DNA of 64,000 nucleotides, taken from positions 327 through 64,326 of the IMG/VR virus record IMGVR_UViG_3300015063_000004; one strand, written 5' to 3'. The translations under genes were made by a program, and so were the position numbers. This stretch comes from a virus. Below are positions 17,250-26,373 of the stretch, one piece after another. The notes under the pieces were generated by a model. That model ran no database searches and was not told where the DNA came from. It saw nothing but the letters and a program-made list of their open reading frames with translations. Positions within the stretch are counted from its first letter, which is position 1; each line of letters opens with the position of its first letter.

Positions 17250-18848
17250 ATGACATCTGGAATACGTCTATCGGTCCTGCTGCCTACGTTGGGGCGGCCG
17301 GACAAGTTGCGTCGTGCCGTGGATAGCCTTGTGGGGACGGGGCTGCCTCCGGAAGTGGAAATCATCATCGGGTTGGACGCGGAAGATACCGCATCGCGGG
17401 GTGCGTGCCTGACGCTGGGCAAGCGTCGTGGTGTGCGGGTGGTCGAGGCGAGGGCTGCGGTCACGTTGGGACGGAAGGTAAACCAACTGGCAGCCAAGGC
17501 TCGGGGCGACATTCTGATGATGTTTGCCAACGACATGGCGGTTCGGGCGGATGATTGGCACGAGCGCGTGATTGCGGCGGTTGATTTGGGATCGGCGCGT
17601 GTGTTCTGCCTTGATGACCCGTTGAACGCGGGTTTTGCATCGTTTCCGGTATTGCGGCGTGATGTGGTGGACACCGTGGGCTTCATGGCGGCGCCGTGGT
17701 TTCCGTTCTGGTTTACCGATACCTGGTGGGATGAAATCGGGGAATTGTGCGGCGAGGTGCGGCCGATCGAGGTCGGGCTGGAATATCTCGACGGTCGCGG
17801 CGGCACGATGGCGATGCGTGATTTGAAGTTTTGGGCGGAGTTTTTCGAGGCGACGCGCGGGATGCGTGTTGATGCGGCTCGCAAGTTGGGCGCGGATGAG
17901 GGTGCGCTGGCGCGTCGAGCTGCGGAGTGTGAGGCCAAGGTGAGGCATTTGCGCGCGGATGCGTTTGTCACGCAGTGGGAGGCGAACGTGGAGGGCGAGC
18001 CGACTGAGCGATATCAGCAGGCTCGGAAGGATGCGGAGAAGTTCCTAGCGCAGATACAGCCTGAGCGTCTGCCGGGGCCGCGCGTGGCGGTGTGTGTGCC
18101 ATCTGTGGGGCAATGGCAGGCTCGGATGGCGACGTGCTTGGCCGGGCTGACGGCGTATTCGGCGCTGGCGGGGATCGGGGTGGGGATCATTGGTCTGGAA
18201 GGGTCGATGATCTCGAAGCAGCGGAACGATATCGTGGATATGGCGATGCGGACTGATGCGGATTACGTATTCTTTGTCGATAGCGATATGTGGTTTCCAC
18301 CGGATGCGCTGGTGCGGCTGTTGAAGCGCGAGAAGGATATCGTGGGGGCTACCTACTGCAAGCGCGTGCCGCCATATGAGACATTGGGGCGGATGCTTGG
18401 GGCGGTGCCGACTGATGCTGAGTTGGCGCAGGGTGGATTGTGGGAGGCGGAATGGCTGCCGGCTGGGCTATTGCTGGTGCGGATGGACGTGTTCCGCCGC
18501 ATGGCGTGGCCGTGGTGGCATGAAAGCTACCGCTGGCCTGGGGAAAGTGGGTGCGAGGTTGTGAAGTCGTTCCTGCGCGCCAATTTCTCCGATGTGCCGA
18601 GCGATGGGGTGCTGGCGTGTTTGGATGGGACGGAATTGGGGCTGTGGTTGGATGCGGTTTGGGATCGTGATAAGGGCGGCGAGTGGCGGTATGTGTCTGA
18701 GGATATCCGGTTTATGCGGAACGCTCGGAAGGCTGGTTATCAGATATGGTGCGACAGCGGACTGACGGCTGATAGTCGCCATATTGGCACGCAAGAGGTG
18801 ACATGCACGCTTCCGGTGCCGGAGGAGGAGAAGTTAGCGGCGGAGTAG
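17250..18848 (+). CDS. Tandem two-domain GT-A (family 2-like) glycosyltransferase
   Basis: LSVLLPTLGRP...FANDM; second domain VAVCVPS...YVFFVDSDMWFPPDALVRLL...DIVGATY. Confidence 0.8.
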   Translation: MTSGIRLSVLLPTLGRPDKLRRAVDSLVGTGLPPEVEIIIGLDAEDTASRGACLTLGKRRGVRVVEARAAVTLGRKVNQLAAKARGDILMMFANDMAVRADDWHERVIAAVDLGSARVFCLDDPLNAGFASFPVLRRDVVDTVGFMAAPWFPFWFTDTWWDEIGELCGEVRPIEVGLEYLDGRGGTMAMRDLKFWAEFFEATRGMRVDAARKLGADEGALARRAAECEAKVRHLRADAFVTQWEANVEGEPTERYQQARKDAEKFLAQIQPERLPGPRVAVCVPSVGQWQARMATCLAGLTAYSALAGIGVGIIGLEGSMISKQRNDIVDMAMRTDADYVFFVDSDMWFPPDALVRLLKREKDIVGATYCKRVPPYETLGRMLGAVPTDAELAQGGLWEAEWLPAGLLLVRMDVFRRMAWPWWHESYRWPGESGCEVVKSFLRANFSDVPSDGVLACLDGTELGLWLDAVWDRDKGGEWRYVSEDIRFMRNARKAGYQIWCDSGLTADSRHIGTQEVTCTLPVPEEEKLAAE

Positions 18849-19010
18849 TCGGCCTAGTTCGTAAGGGCTGGCAGCCCAGGAAAACCGAGTTGTTGGTTGT
18901 GTCGGTTTGGGGGAATCCGGTTTCGGCGCGGCATTAGCCGGATCGTATTCCAGGGCGGCGGCGATGCGCTCTAGGGCGTGGATCAGTCTCTCGGCTTGGG
19001 GTTCGGTCAT
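18834..19010 (-). CDS. Small hypothetical protein
   Basis: ATGA coupling with the lipoprotein gene. Confidence 0.5.
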   Translation of the reverse strand: MTEPQAERLIHALERIAAALEYDPANAAPKPDSPKPTQPTTRFSWAASPYELGRLLRR

Positions 19011-19243
19011 GTCGAAATCCACCCTTTCCCGCGCATGCATGTCTTGAAGATGCGTAGTGAAACTGCCGCGTCCATCAGCGTGACGATGCGACTGCCGTTG
19101 CTGCGCGATTGGCACTCGGACTGCGTTTCGTAAAAGTCTTGCTCGGTTTGGGTTGTATCGGGTGCGCCGTGCCTATCGACGTGGTGATAGACGGGCGTGC
19201 ATCCTGCGAGTGTGGTGGCAGCGATGATGGCGACGTATTTCAT
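19007..19243 (-). CDS. Small lipoprotein
   Basis: MKYVAIIAATT-LAGC lipobox; C-terminal C...CMRGKGW. Confidence 0.72.
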   Translation of the reverse strand: MKYVAIIAATTLAGCTPVYHHVDRHGAPDTTQTEQDFYETQSECQSRSNGSRIVTLMDAAVSLRIFKTCMRGKGWIST

Positions 19244-19971
19244 GGAACCCTCCAAAACATTCCCGCGCCGTCGATGTCGCGGATATCAGCCTCGATGCTG
19301 TTTGCGGCCCGGTAGTCTCTGACCGCAGCGCGGCAGGCCGGCAGGTTGTAGTCGTCCACGATCACGAAACCGCCGGGCGATACCTTTTGGTATAGGGCAG
19401 CGAGCGCGTCGGTCGTCGAGGCATACATATCGCCGTCGAGGCGCAGGACTGCCAGACGGTCTATCTTGGCTGCGGGGAGCGTGTCGGCGAACCATCCCTT
19501 GATGAGCCTAACCTGGCGATCGAGAAGGTCGAATTTCTCGAAATTGTCCAGAACGGTGTGCGACGTGACGGCGAGTTGCTTGTAGGTGTGGTGCTTGTCG
19601 CCGGCATCGCGGATGTCGGTTGGGGGAGGCAGGCCGGCGAAGCTGTCGGCCACCCATACGATGCGGTCGGTTATGCCGTAGGCTTTGAGAATGCCGCGCA
19701 TGTAGATGCACGCGCCGCCGCGCCAGACGCCGGTTTCGATCAGGTCGCCGGGGATGTTGTCGCGCAGGACGGTTTCGACGCAGTGGCGGATATTTGCCAT
19801 GCGCTTGTCGCCGATCATGGTCATGGCTTGGCTGGGCCAGTCTGCGCCAACGGCGCGTCGTTTGGCGTCAAAGGTTGGGGCTGACCACGGATCAAACGGG
19901 GCGTCGCCGTAGATTTGGTTTGTGAGGGTGGCGGCCAAGAGGTCGAGGTATAGGGTGCGGGTGCAGTTCAA
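19240..19971 (-). CDS. TylF/MycF/NovP-family O-methyltransferase
   Basis: GDLIETGVWRGG, WVADSFAGLP, IKGWFADTLP, LRLDGDMYAST, VIVDDY. Confidence 0.93.
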   Translation of the reverse strand: MNCTRTLYLDLLAATLTNQIYGDAPFDPWSAPTFDAKRRAVGADWPSQAMTMIGDKRMANIRHCVETVLRDNIPGDLIETGVWRGGACIYMRGILKAYGITDRIVWVADSFAGLPPPTDIRDAGDKHHTYKQLAVTSHTVLDNFEKFDLLDRQVRLIKGWFADTLPAAKIDRLAVLRLDGDMYASTTDALAALYQKVSPGGFVIVDDYNLPACRAAVRDYRAANSIEADIRDIDGAGMFWRVP

Positions 19972-20144
19972 CGCCGCACCGCTGCCATCTGACTGTCGAT
20001 AATCCGCCGCATGACATCGCTGCGGGTGATGGCCTGCTGCCGGCCCACGCGGTCAAGAAACTCGACGTGATGCGACCCGATATAGACGACGCAGCGGATG
20101 CTTTCGGGGTAGGTGCTGGCGGATAGGCTGGCGGTTTCAGACAT
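19968..20144 (-). CDS. Ribbon-helix-helix (CopG/Arc-like) regulator, 58 aa (not in the ORF track)
   Basis: RCVVYI strand, HHVEFLDRVGRQQ helix, TRSDVMRRIIDS helix; TGA overlaps the TylF start. Confidence 0.65.
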   Translation of the reverse strand: MSETASLSASTYPESIRCVVYIGSHHVEFLDRVGRQQAITRSDVMRRIIDSQMAAVRR

Positions 20145-20180
20145 TGGTTATTTGCCAGTTTGCAGCCAATTTAGCCCCCT

Positions 20181-20211
20181 TGGTGCCTGTGCCGGGCACA
20201 AGTTAGCACCA
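20181..20211. promoter_or_regulatory. Nested palindrome (operator candidate) in the divergent spacer
   Basis: TGGTGC..GCACCA enclosing TGTGCC-G-GGCACA. Confidence 0.4.
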
Positions 20212-20221
20212 TGCGCTAGTC

Positions 20222-20584
20222 GTGGTCAAATTTAGTGGTATCGCGGTTCCTGTGAGTGACCGCGCGCCGCATCCCGAACCGGAGCAGCCCTACGATTCCG
20301 CCGATCCTGAGCAAGTGGAAAGGCGGCAGATAGCGGCAGCAAGGCGGGAAAAGGCAAAGCTAGATGTGGTCGCAGCGTTGATGGCCTCGCCCGATGGTCG
20401 GGCATGGGTTTGGAGTGAACTGGTGGCGGCGAGCATTTTCACCACGACGTTTGTTCCGGGCGATCCGATGGCTTCCGCGTTTTCGGAAGGTGGTCGCAAC
20501 GCCGGGCTTCGGCTTCTGGCGCAGGTCATGCGAGCCGCGCCGGATGCCTATGTTCTGATGCAGCGAGAGGCCGGCAATGAGTGA
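20222..20584 (+). CDS. Conserved pre-scaffold protein (BPP-1 Bbp19-like)
   Basis: LMASPDGRAWVW...SAFSEGGRNAGLRLL; synteny. Confidence 0.7.
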   Translation: MVKFSGIAVPVSDRAPHPEPEQPYDSADPEQVERRQIAAARREKAKLDVVAALMASPDGRAWVWSELVAASIFTTTFVPGDPMASAFSEGGRNAGLRLLAQVMRAAPDAYVLMQREAGNE

Positions 20585-21302
20585 GACAGCGGCACCGCCG
20601 CCGGACCCGGTAGCTGCCGCCCCCGTTGCGGCGGCGCCCGCGCCTGAGCCGGCTGTTGTCCCCGCAGCGGCCGTTGAGCAGGCGCCTGCCGCCGCAACAC
20701 CTGAACCCGTTGCAGTTGCCCCGGCTATCCCGGAACAGTCGCTTCTTTCAACGCCGCCGGACCCAAACGCCGAACCGACTATCCCTGTCGGCCCTACGCC
20801 CGTCGCCTACGAGGCATTTACCGCTCCTGAAGGCGTCACGCTCGATCAGGATGCGGTCAAGCCATACGCGGAAATCCTCGGCCAAGCCGGGGTTCCGCAG
20901 GACGTAGCGCAGTCGCTGGTCAACAAATACATCGAACAGCAGCAGGCCGATCGGGCGCGCGCGCTGGATGCTTGGGCGCAGCAGCGTTCGACCTGGCGCG
21001 ATCAGTTCATCAAAGACCCTGAAATCGGCGGCAACCGGCAGGCAACCACGCTGGCGCGGGCGGCCGAGGCAATCGACCGTTTCTCGGGGTCGCCGGAGAA
21101 CGCCGCAGCGGTTCGCAAGGCGCTGAACGATACGGGCGCAGGGGACCATCCGGCCTTGATCCGGGTATTTGCCAACATGATGAAGGCGCTGAGCGAAGGG
21201 CGTCCGGTTCCGGCTGTGATGGCAAAGGCGCCGTCGCAGGTATCCGGGTCGCGCAGCCGATACAACAATTCCCCCTCCTTGCCACTGAACGGAGCCGCCT
21301 GA
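20577..21302 (+). CDS. Capsid scaffolding/assembly protein
   Basis: Pro/Ala-rich N-terminus, DPEIGG, LNDTGAGDHPALIRVF; upstream of the capsid gene. Confidence 0.82.
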   Translation: MSETAAPPPDPVAAAPVAAAPAPEPAVVPAAAVEQAPAAATPEPVAVAPAIPEQSLLSTPPDPNAEPTIPVGPTPVAYEAFTAPEGVTLDQDAVKPYAEILGQAGVPQDVAQSLVNKYIEQQQADRARALDAWAQQRSTWRDQFIKDPEIGGNRQATTLARAAEAIDRFSGSPENAAAVRKALNDTGAGDHPALIRVFANMMKALSEGRPVPAVMAKAPSQVSGSRSRYNNSPSLPLNGAA

Positions 21303-21303
21303 C

Positions 21304-22341
21304 ATGGCCTTTATCACCCTGCTAGATTGGGCACGCCGGGTTGGCCCGGACGGCAACATTGACGAAATCGCCGAGCTGCTGTCGCAGTGCAACGACATCT
21401 ACAAGGATATGTTGTGGGTGGAGTCGAACCTGCCGACCGGGCACAAGGCGACGATCCGCACCGGCCTACCGCAGGGCACGTGGCGCCTCGATTACCAGGG
21501 CGTCGGCTATACCAAGTCCACCACGGCGCAGATTACCGCCGGCTGGGGCCAGCTTACCGCCTTCAGTCAGATCGACAAGAAGGTGGCCGACATGAACGCG
21601 CAGACGGCGCGGCTTCGTGTGTCGGAAGACAACGCGCATCTTGAAGGCCTGTCGCAGCAGATGGCGACGGCGTTCTTCTACGCGAACGAGGCGACGAACC
21701 CGACGCAGTTCACCGGCTTCTCGCCGCTGTTCAACACGATTACCACCACCACGGCGCAGAACGCGGTCAACGTTCTGAACGGCGGCGGCACCGGGTCCAG
21801 CAACGCCTCGCTATGGCTTATCGGCTGGGGCGACCGCACCGTTTACTCGATCTTCCCGAAGGGCATGAAAGCCGGCCTCAGTTTCGAGGATCGCGGCGAC
21901 GTGGTGCCGGCCTATGACAGCGCGGGCAATCCGTATCTGGCCTATACGTCCTACTTCGAGTGGAACGCCGGCCTGATGGTGGAGGACTGGCGCTTCGTGT
22001 CGCGCCTTGCCAACATCGACACCACCACCGCTGGCCTTCAGGGGCCGACGCCGCCCGACCTGTTCGCCGCCATGTCGAAGATGGTCGTGCGTATGCCGAC
22101 CAGCACGCGGCGCCTCTCGGGCATCACCGAGACCGACGCGCCGGACGAGCCTTCGCCGGGAACGAGCCAGATTTTCTACTGCAACCGGTCGGTGCGCGAA
22201 TATTTGGATATTCAAGCAATTCGCGACAAGAACGTGCTGCTGAAGCCGACCGAGTATGCCGGCGAGCCGGTCCTGGAGTTCAGAGGCGCACCCATACGCG
22301 TTTGCGATGCGCTACTCAACACCGAGGCAACGCTTACCTGA
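21304..22341 (+). CDS. Major capsid protein (BPP-1-like)
   Basis: TLLDWARR...IAELLSQ.N...TGHKATIRTGLP.GTWR; FRGAPIRVCDALLNTEA. Confidence 0.92.
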   Translation: MAFITLLDWARRVGPDGNIDEIAELLSQCNDIYKDMLWVESNLPTGHKATIRTGLPQGTWRLDYQGVGYTKSTTAQITAGWGQLTAFSQIDKKVADMNAQTARLRVSEDNAHLEGLSQQMATAFFYANEATNPTQFTGFSPLFNTITTTTAQNAVNVLNGGGTGSSNASLWLIGWGDRTVYSIFPKGMKAGLSFEDRGDVVPAYDSAGNPYLAYTSYFEWNAGLMVEDWRFVSRLANIDTTTAGLQGPTPPDLFAAMSKMVVRMPTSTRRLSGITETDAPDEPSPGTSQIFYCNRSVREYLDIQAIRDKNVLLKPTEYAGEPVLEFRGAPIRVCDALLNTEATLT

Positions 22342-22376
22342 TCGCCGAAACACCGCTGTAACCGGAGGGTAATCCC

Positions 22377-22880
22377 TTGGCTATCTTCGACAAGACGCTT
22401 TTGTTCTTCGGCAACAGCCCGTATCAGTCGGTCAGCGACTATACCACGCTGGTTGGTGTGACCGCATCGGGCCTGGCGTCGGCGGTCATCGACCTGTCGG
22501 TGGCTCGTGACATGGGCATCGGCGATGGTGAGGCGGTTCCGAAGGTGGCGCTTTACACCGGGGCTGCGATTACCAGTTCGTCGGCGTCGCTCACGCTCAA
22601 CATTCAGTTTCAGGGGTCCACCGATTCGACCACCTGGACCACGTATGTTGAGACGGGGGCGAACACCACGGCGAGTTTCCCCGCCAATTCTAAGATTTTC
22701 GCCATTGACGTGCCGCATCGTTCGCAGGGCGCGGCGCTTCCGCGCTATTACCGGCTGAACGTGGCGCTTGGCACGGCGGCATCGGCTGGGCTGTCCACCG
22801 GGTCGCTGTTCGGCGGGATTGTGATCCAGCGGACGGATAATCCGGTGGGGCTTTATCCAAGTGGATTCAGTGTGGTCTGA
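22377..22880 (+). CDS. Capsid cement/decoration protein (Bbp16-like)
   Basis: IFDKTLLF, S.VIDL, LNIQFQGSTD, LPRYYRLN; follows MCP. Confidence 0.78.
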   Translation: MAIFDKTLLFFGNSPYQSVSDYTTLVGVTASGLASAVIDLSVARDMGIGDGEAVPKVALYTGAAITSSSASLTLNIQFQGSTDSTTWTTYVETGANTTASFPANSKIFAIDVPHRSQGAALPRYYRLNVALGTAASAGLSTGSLFGGIVIQRTDNPVGLYPSGFSVV

Positions 22881-22883
22881 GCC

Positions 22884-23372
22884 ATGTCTGACGTGATGGA
22901 ACATCCGCGCTACAAGCTGCTGGCGCCGTTCAACGCCGAGAACGATACGCTGTATCCCGAGGGAACGGTGATTACGTATCTCGGCGAGCCGAACGAGCAT
23001 ATGCAGCCGCTGAACGGTGCGGCTGAGGATCGGATGGCGGACTTTCTGCGCAAGCTGGACAAGTTTGCGGAACTGAAGGCTGCCATCGACGGCAAGGCGT
23101 TCGTGAAGCGGGCTGGCGACCTGGGCGACTTTGCCGAGGAAGCGATGCGCAGCCGGCCGCGTGAGCCGCGTGCGGTGCCTGGGTCTGACGGTGTGGCGCC
23201 TGTGCGGCCGGACCTGGAGACGAAGGCGATGCGTGAGGCGCGGCGTGCGCGCCGGGCGCAGGCGTTGCTGGGTGCGGATCTGCCGCTGCCGCCGAAGCGT
23301 GGTGAGGCGCAGGCTGCGCCCATTCCGATCCTGGGGTCAATTTCCCGTCCTGACCAGACGCGCGGGCTGTAA
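22884..23372 (+). CDS. Hypothetical virion-cluster protein
   Basis: ORF in the head cluster. Confidence 0.65.
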   Translation: MSDVMEHPRYKLLAPFNAENDTLYPEGTVITYLGEPNEHMQPLNGAAEDRMADFLRKLDKFAELKAAIDGKAFVKRAGDLGDFAEEAMRSRPREPRAVPGSDGVAPVRPDLETKAMREARRARRAQALLGADLPLPPKRGEAQAAPIPILGSISRPDQTRGL

Positions 23373-23384
23373 GGGCTTTTCGGC

Positions 23385-23891
23385 ATGGCAAGCGGCACGC
23401 AATACGTATCGGGCGTTCAGCAGCTTACGTCGCTGGCTGGGACGGAGAATGTCACGGTCGATGCTGGTGGCGCGGTCATTGCGGTTACGAGTGTGAACGT
23501 GATACTTGGGCAGGTAACGACGCTTGCTCTGAACTCTGTTGTTAACAATGCGACGGCTGCCTCCACCACGTTGCTGGCGACCGACTTGGGCAACCTGTCT
23601 GATTGCGTGTTGAACTTGACGGGGGGTGTTGGCGGTAGTGCAAATGCGCAGTTGCCTACGTTTGCCAGTGTTGCCGCCAATTTGAAAACCCCGATTGCGG
23701 GTCATACGTGGCGTCTGCGTATCCGTAATGTCAACAATAACGCAACGTGGACCGTTACCACGAATACGGGATGGTCTCTTGTCGGAACGATGACGATTGC
23801 GACCGGGACGTGGCGTGACTTTTTTGTCGAGGTCGCTACTGATGGCCAAAGCATTGGAATTATCAACATCGGCGGTGGGTCGATCCTCTAA
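23385..23891 (+). CDS. Putative minor head protein
   Basis: Thr/Gly/Val-rich, beta-rich composition. Confidence 0.6.
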   Translation: MASGTQYVSGVQQLTSLAGTENVTVDAGGAVIAVTSVNVILGQVTTLALNSVVNNATAASTTLLATDLGNLSDCVLNLTGGVGGSANAQLPTFASVAANLKTPIAGHTWRLRIRNVNNNATWTVTTNTGWSLVGTMTIATGTWRDFFVEVATDGQSIGIINIGGGSIL

Positions 23892-24055
23892 TGCCGAGCA
23901 AGTCGCCCGCGCAACATCGGCTGATGGAAGCTGCGGCGCACACGCCGGGGGGCTTTGGTGGCGTGCCGCAGAAGGTTGGGAAAGAGTTTGCCGAGGCTGA
24001 CAAGGCGAATGGTCCGAAGTCAAAGCCGATGGACCGCTACGGGAAGAAGAAGTGA
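23891..24055 (+). CDS. Small basic protein, 54 aa (not in the ORF track)
   Basis: [17 protein letters not shown]...[14 protein letters not shown]; TAATG and TGATG coupling. Confidence 0.7.
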   Translation: MPSKSPAQHRLMEAAAHTPGGFGGVPQKVGKEFAEADKANGPKSKPMDRYGKKK

Positions 24056-24285
24056 TGGCCGAGCGCAAGCACAAGTGGATTAAGGGGGCGATCAAGCACA
24101 AAGGTGCATTGCACCGCGAGTTGGGCGTTCCCGAAGGCGAGAAAATTCCCGCTGCCAAACTCGAAAAGGCCGAGCATTCATCGAACCCCACTGAGCGCAA
24201 GCGGGCTGATCTGGCAAAGACGCTCGAAGGTTTCCACCACAAGTCGCGTGATCGCTACGCGCATCGAACCGTCGTGAGGGGCTGA
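24055..24285 (+). CDS. Small basic protein
   Basis: KWIKGAIKHKGALHRELGVPEGEKIPAAKL. Confidence 0.72.
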   Translation: MAERKHKWIKGAIKHKGALHRELGVPEGEKIPAAKLEKAEHSSNPTERKRADLAKTLEGFHHKSRDRYAHRTVVRG

Positions 24286-24289
24286 ACCA

Positions 24290-24676
24290 ATGGCAGCAAA
24301 GAGCCGCTACGATAAGGGGCCGCGCATCGGTCAGTCCAAGGCCGAAGGAAAGCCGGAAGACAAGGGCACGGCGGCCGAGGGTGCTGCTCCCAAGAAGGTG
24401 AAGGCTGAACCCGACGAGGGGCAGGCCAAGCCGGCTACTGGTAGCGCCGAACCCAAGTCGGGCGATGAGACTGGCACCGAGGGCGTGCCGGTCAGCACCG
24501 ATCCGATGGGCCAGGAGCATGAAATGACCAGCGCCCGGCATGAGCGTGAGCATCGGGAAATGAACACTCGCCATGAGCGTGAGATGCGCGAGATGCGGGC
24601 GCGGCATGGCGGCTTGGATAGTGAGGCCGAGAAGCCTGCGGAAACCGAAAGCAAAGTCGGCGGCGAGAAGGTCTAG
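24290..24676 (+). CDS. Charged low-complexity protein with RHERE repeats
   Basis: RHEREHREMNTRHEREMREMRARH. Confidence 0.65.
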   Translation: MAAKSRYDKGPRIGQSKAEGKPEDKGTAAEGAAPKKVKAEPDEGQAKPATGSAEPKSGDETGTEGVPVSTDPMGQEHEMTSARHEREHREMNTRHEREMREMRARHGGLDSEAEKPAETESKVGGEKV

Positions 24677-24679
24677 GCT

Positions 24680-25426
24680 GTGGCGCTGACTGGTAACGAG
24701 CTTGTCGCGCTGTATGCGGTAGATGGGGCCGGTCGGCCTGCTGCGACGCAGGAGCTTGTCGCGGTTTCCACGATCGCTGGAACTCTGACTGCGCCGGTTG
24801 AGATTTTTGGGTCGCCGGCCAGCACGGGGACTTTGCCGACGCTGCCGGCGGGGACTGTCCTAGTTACCGTTTCCCCGAACGGCACGCGCACACTCAGCAC
24901 GGCGTTTACGTTCGGTGGTGGGCTTACGACTGCCTATCCCGGGTTTGCCGGCGTGCGCGCACTGGGGACGATGGCAGCGCCGACTACCGTTCTCAATACG
25001 ACGGTTTTGGTTGGGTTTACTGGCATCGGCTACGATGGGACGGCCTATTCTACTCCGGGGAATGGTGCTGCGGCTCAGTGGGCCTTGGCTGCGGCCGAGG
25101 ATTGGGCGGTTGGGGCGCACGGGACGCAGGCCACGCTGTCGTTGACGCCGGTTGGAACGGCATCGGTGGCGAGCGTTCTGATTGTCAGTTCGGCAAAGTT
25201 TCTTTCCACGTCGCCGATTGTGTTTGGAACCAATGTCGCTGTTGCTGACGCTTCGGCTGCTATTGACGTGCAAAGCACAACCAAGGGGGCTTTGTGGCCG
25301 CGCATGACGCAGACGCAGCGAGATGCCATCGTGGCACCTGCTGAAAGTCTGGTGATCTACAACCTGACGACGCACAAGCTGAACCTGCGCACTGCGGCGG
25401 CGTGGGAAGAGATTACGTCTGTCTGA
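24680..25426 (+). CDS. Putative head fibre/decoration protein
   Basis: C-terminal SAAIDVQSTTKGALWPRMTQTQRDAIVAPAESLVIYN fibre-type motif. Confidence 0.6.
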   Translation: MALTGNELVALYAVDGAGRPAATQELVAVSTIAGTLTAPVEIFGSPASTGTLPTLPAGTVLVTVSPNGTRTLSTAFTFGGGLTTAYPGFAGVRALGTMAAPTTVLNTTVLVGFTGIGYDGTAYSTPGNGAAAQWALAAAEDWAVGAHGTQATLSLTPVGTASVASVLIVSSAKFLSTSPIVFGTNVAVADASAAIDVQSTTKGALWPRMTQTQRDAIVAPAESLVIYNLTTHKLNLRTAAAWEEITSV

Positions 25427-25436
25427 TGGGAATGAT

Positions 25437-25736
25437 ATGCCCCGCAAGATGATCGACATGCGCCGGTCTCTGGCCGACAAGGTGGAGGCAATGGCGCCTT
25501 CCGCTTTGTCGGAAACGGCTGACTATCCGTATGGGTTGTGCATTTCTCTGGATCATTCCGATCTGGAAAAACTGGACCTTGATGGCGACTGCGAGGTCGG
25601 CGACATGATCCACATTTGGGCGATGTGCCGCGTGACGTCTTGTTCTTCGCGAGAAGTGAACGGAAACCCCGAATGCCGCGTTGAGTTGCAGATAACCCAT
25701 CTTGGGGTTGAAGACGAAGACGAGGAGGATGAGTAA
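25437..25736 (+). CDS. Small acidic head protein (capsid staple/cement-like)
   Basis: YPYGLCISLD..DLEKL...VGDMI...VELQIT. Confidence 0.6.
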   Translation: MPRKMIDMRRSLADKVEAMAPSALSETADYPYGLCISLDHSDLEKLDLDGDCEVGDMIHIWAMCRVTSCSSREVNGNPECRVELQITHLGVEDEDEEDE

Positions 25737-26332
25737 TGGGATGGTTTCGGTTTATCGCGCGCGGGTTCCACCAGGACCGCATCGTTGAGGCTGGCGAGAA
25801 GGTTCTTCTACCGGACAACGTGTTTCCCGGCGCGCACATGGTTGCGTGCGATCCTCCGGTTCCGGTCGAACCGTCGCTGGCGACGCTTTCTTTCGAGCAG
25901 CGCGAGCGCATCCGGTTGGGGCAGCCTGAGCCGACGCCCGGCCCGCTCGATACCGACGCGCTCGATCATCGCGACGGGCTGCTGACGCTGCGGCGTCCTG
26001 CGGACGAAACACCATCGCCGGATCACCATGCCTTTGCGACCGATCATGGCGGCACGTCGCCGGCGCCCTACACGCCAAACCATCCCGGGTTCCCAACTGG
26101 GCATCCGGGCGATCCGCCGACTTGGGCCGAACCGACGCACACGCCGGATCATCCAGGGTTCGCGTTGGGGCATCCTGGCAATCTGCCGTCCATTCCTGCA
26201 CCCTCGCCGGTTGGGCCTGGGGTCACGTCCGACCCTGCGCATTTTGTGCCTGCGCCGCCGGTTTACGTGCCGCCGACGCCCGATGCGGTATGGCCGAAGG
26301 TTCCTGCTGCGGGGACTGTCGAAGCCGGCTAA
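25736..26332 (+). CDS. Pro/His-rich hypothetical protein
   Basis: HPGFPTGHPG / HPGFALGHPG repeats. Confidence 0.6.
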   Translation: MGWFRFIARGFHQDRIVEAGEKVLLPDNVFPGAHMVACDPPVPVEPSLATLSFEQRERIRLGQPEPTPGPLDTDALDHRDGLLTLRRPADETPSPDHHAFATDHGGTSPAPYTPNHPGFPTGHPGDPPTWAEPTHTPDHPGFALGHPGNLPSIPAPSPVGPGVTSDPAHFVPAPPVYVPPTPDAVWPKVPAAGTVEAG

Positions 26333-26373
26333 GATGTAAACATCGCGGCGCCCCGCCGCCGTGAGGGGACGCG

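Noticed and set aside
22320-22380. T7-like frameshifted capsid extension
   Set aside because: No slippery heptamer seen near the MCP stop
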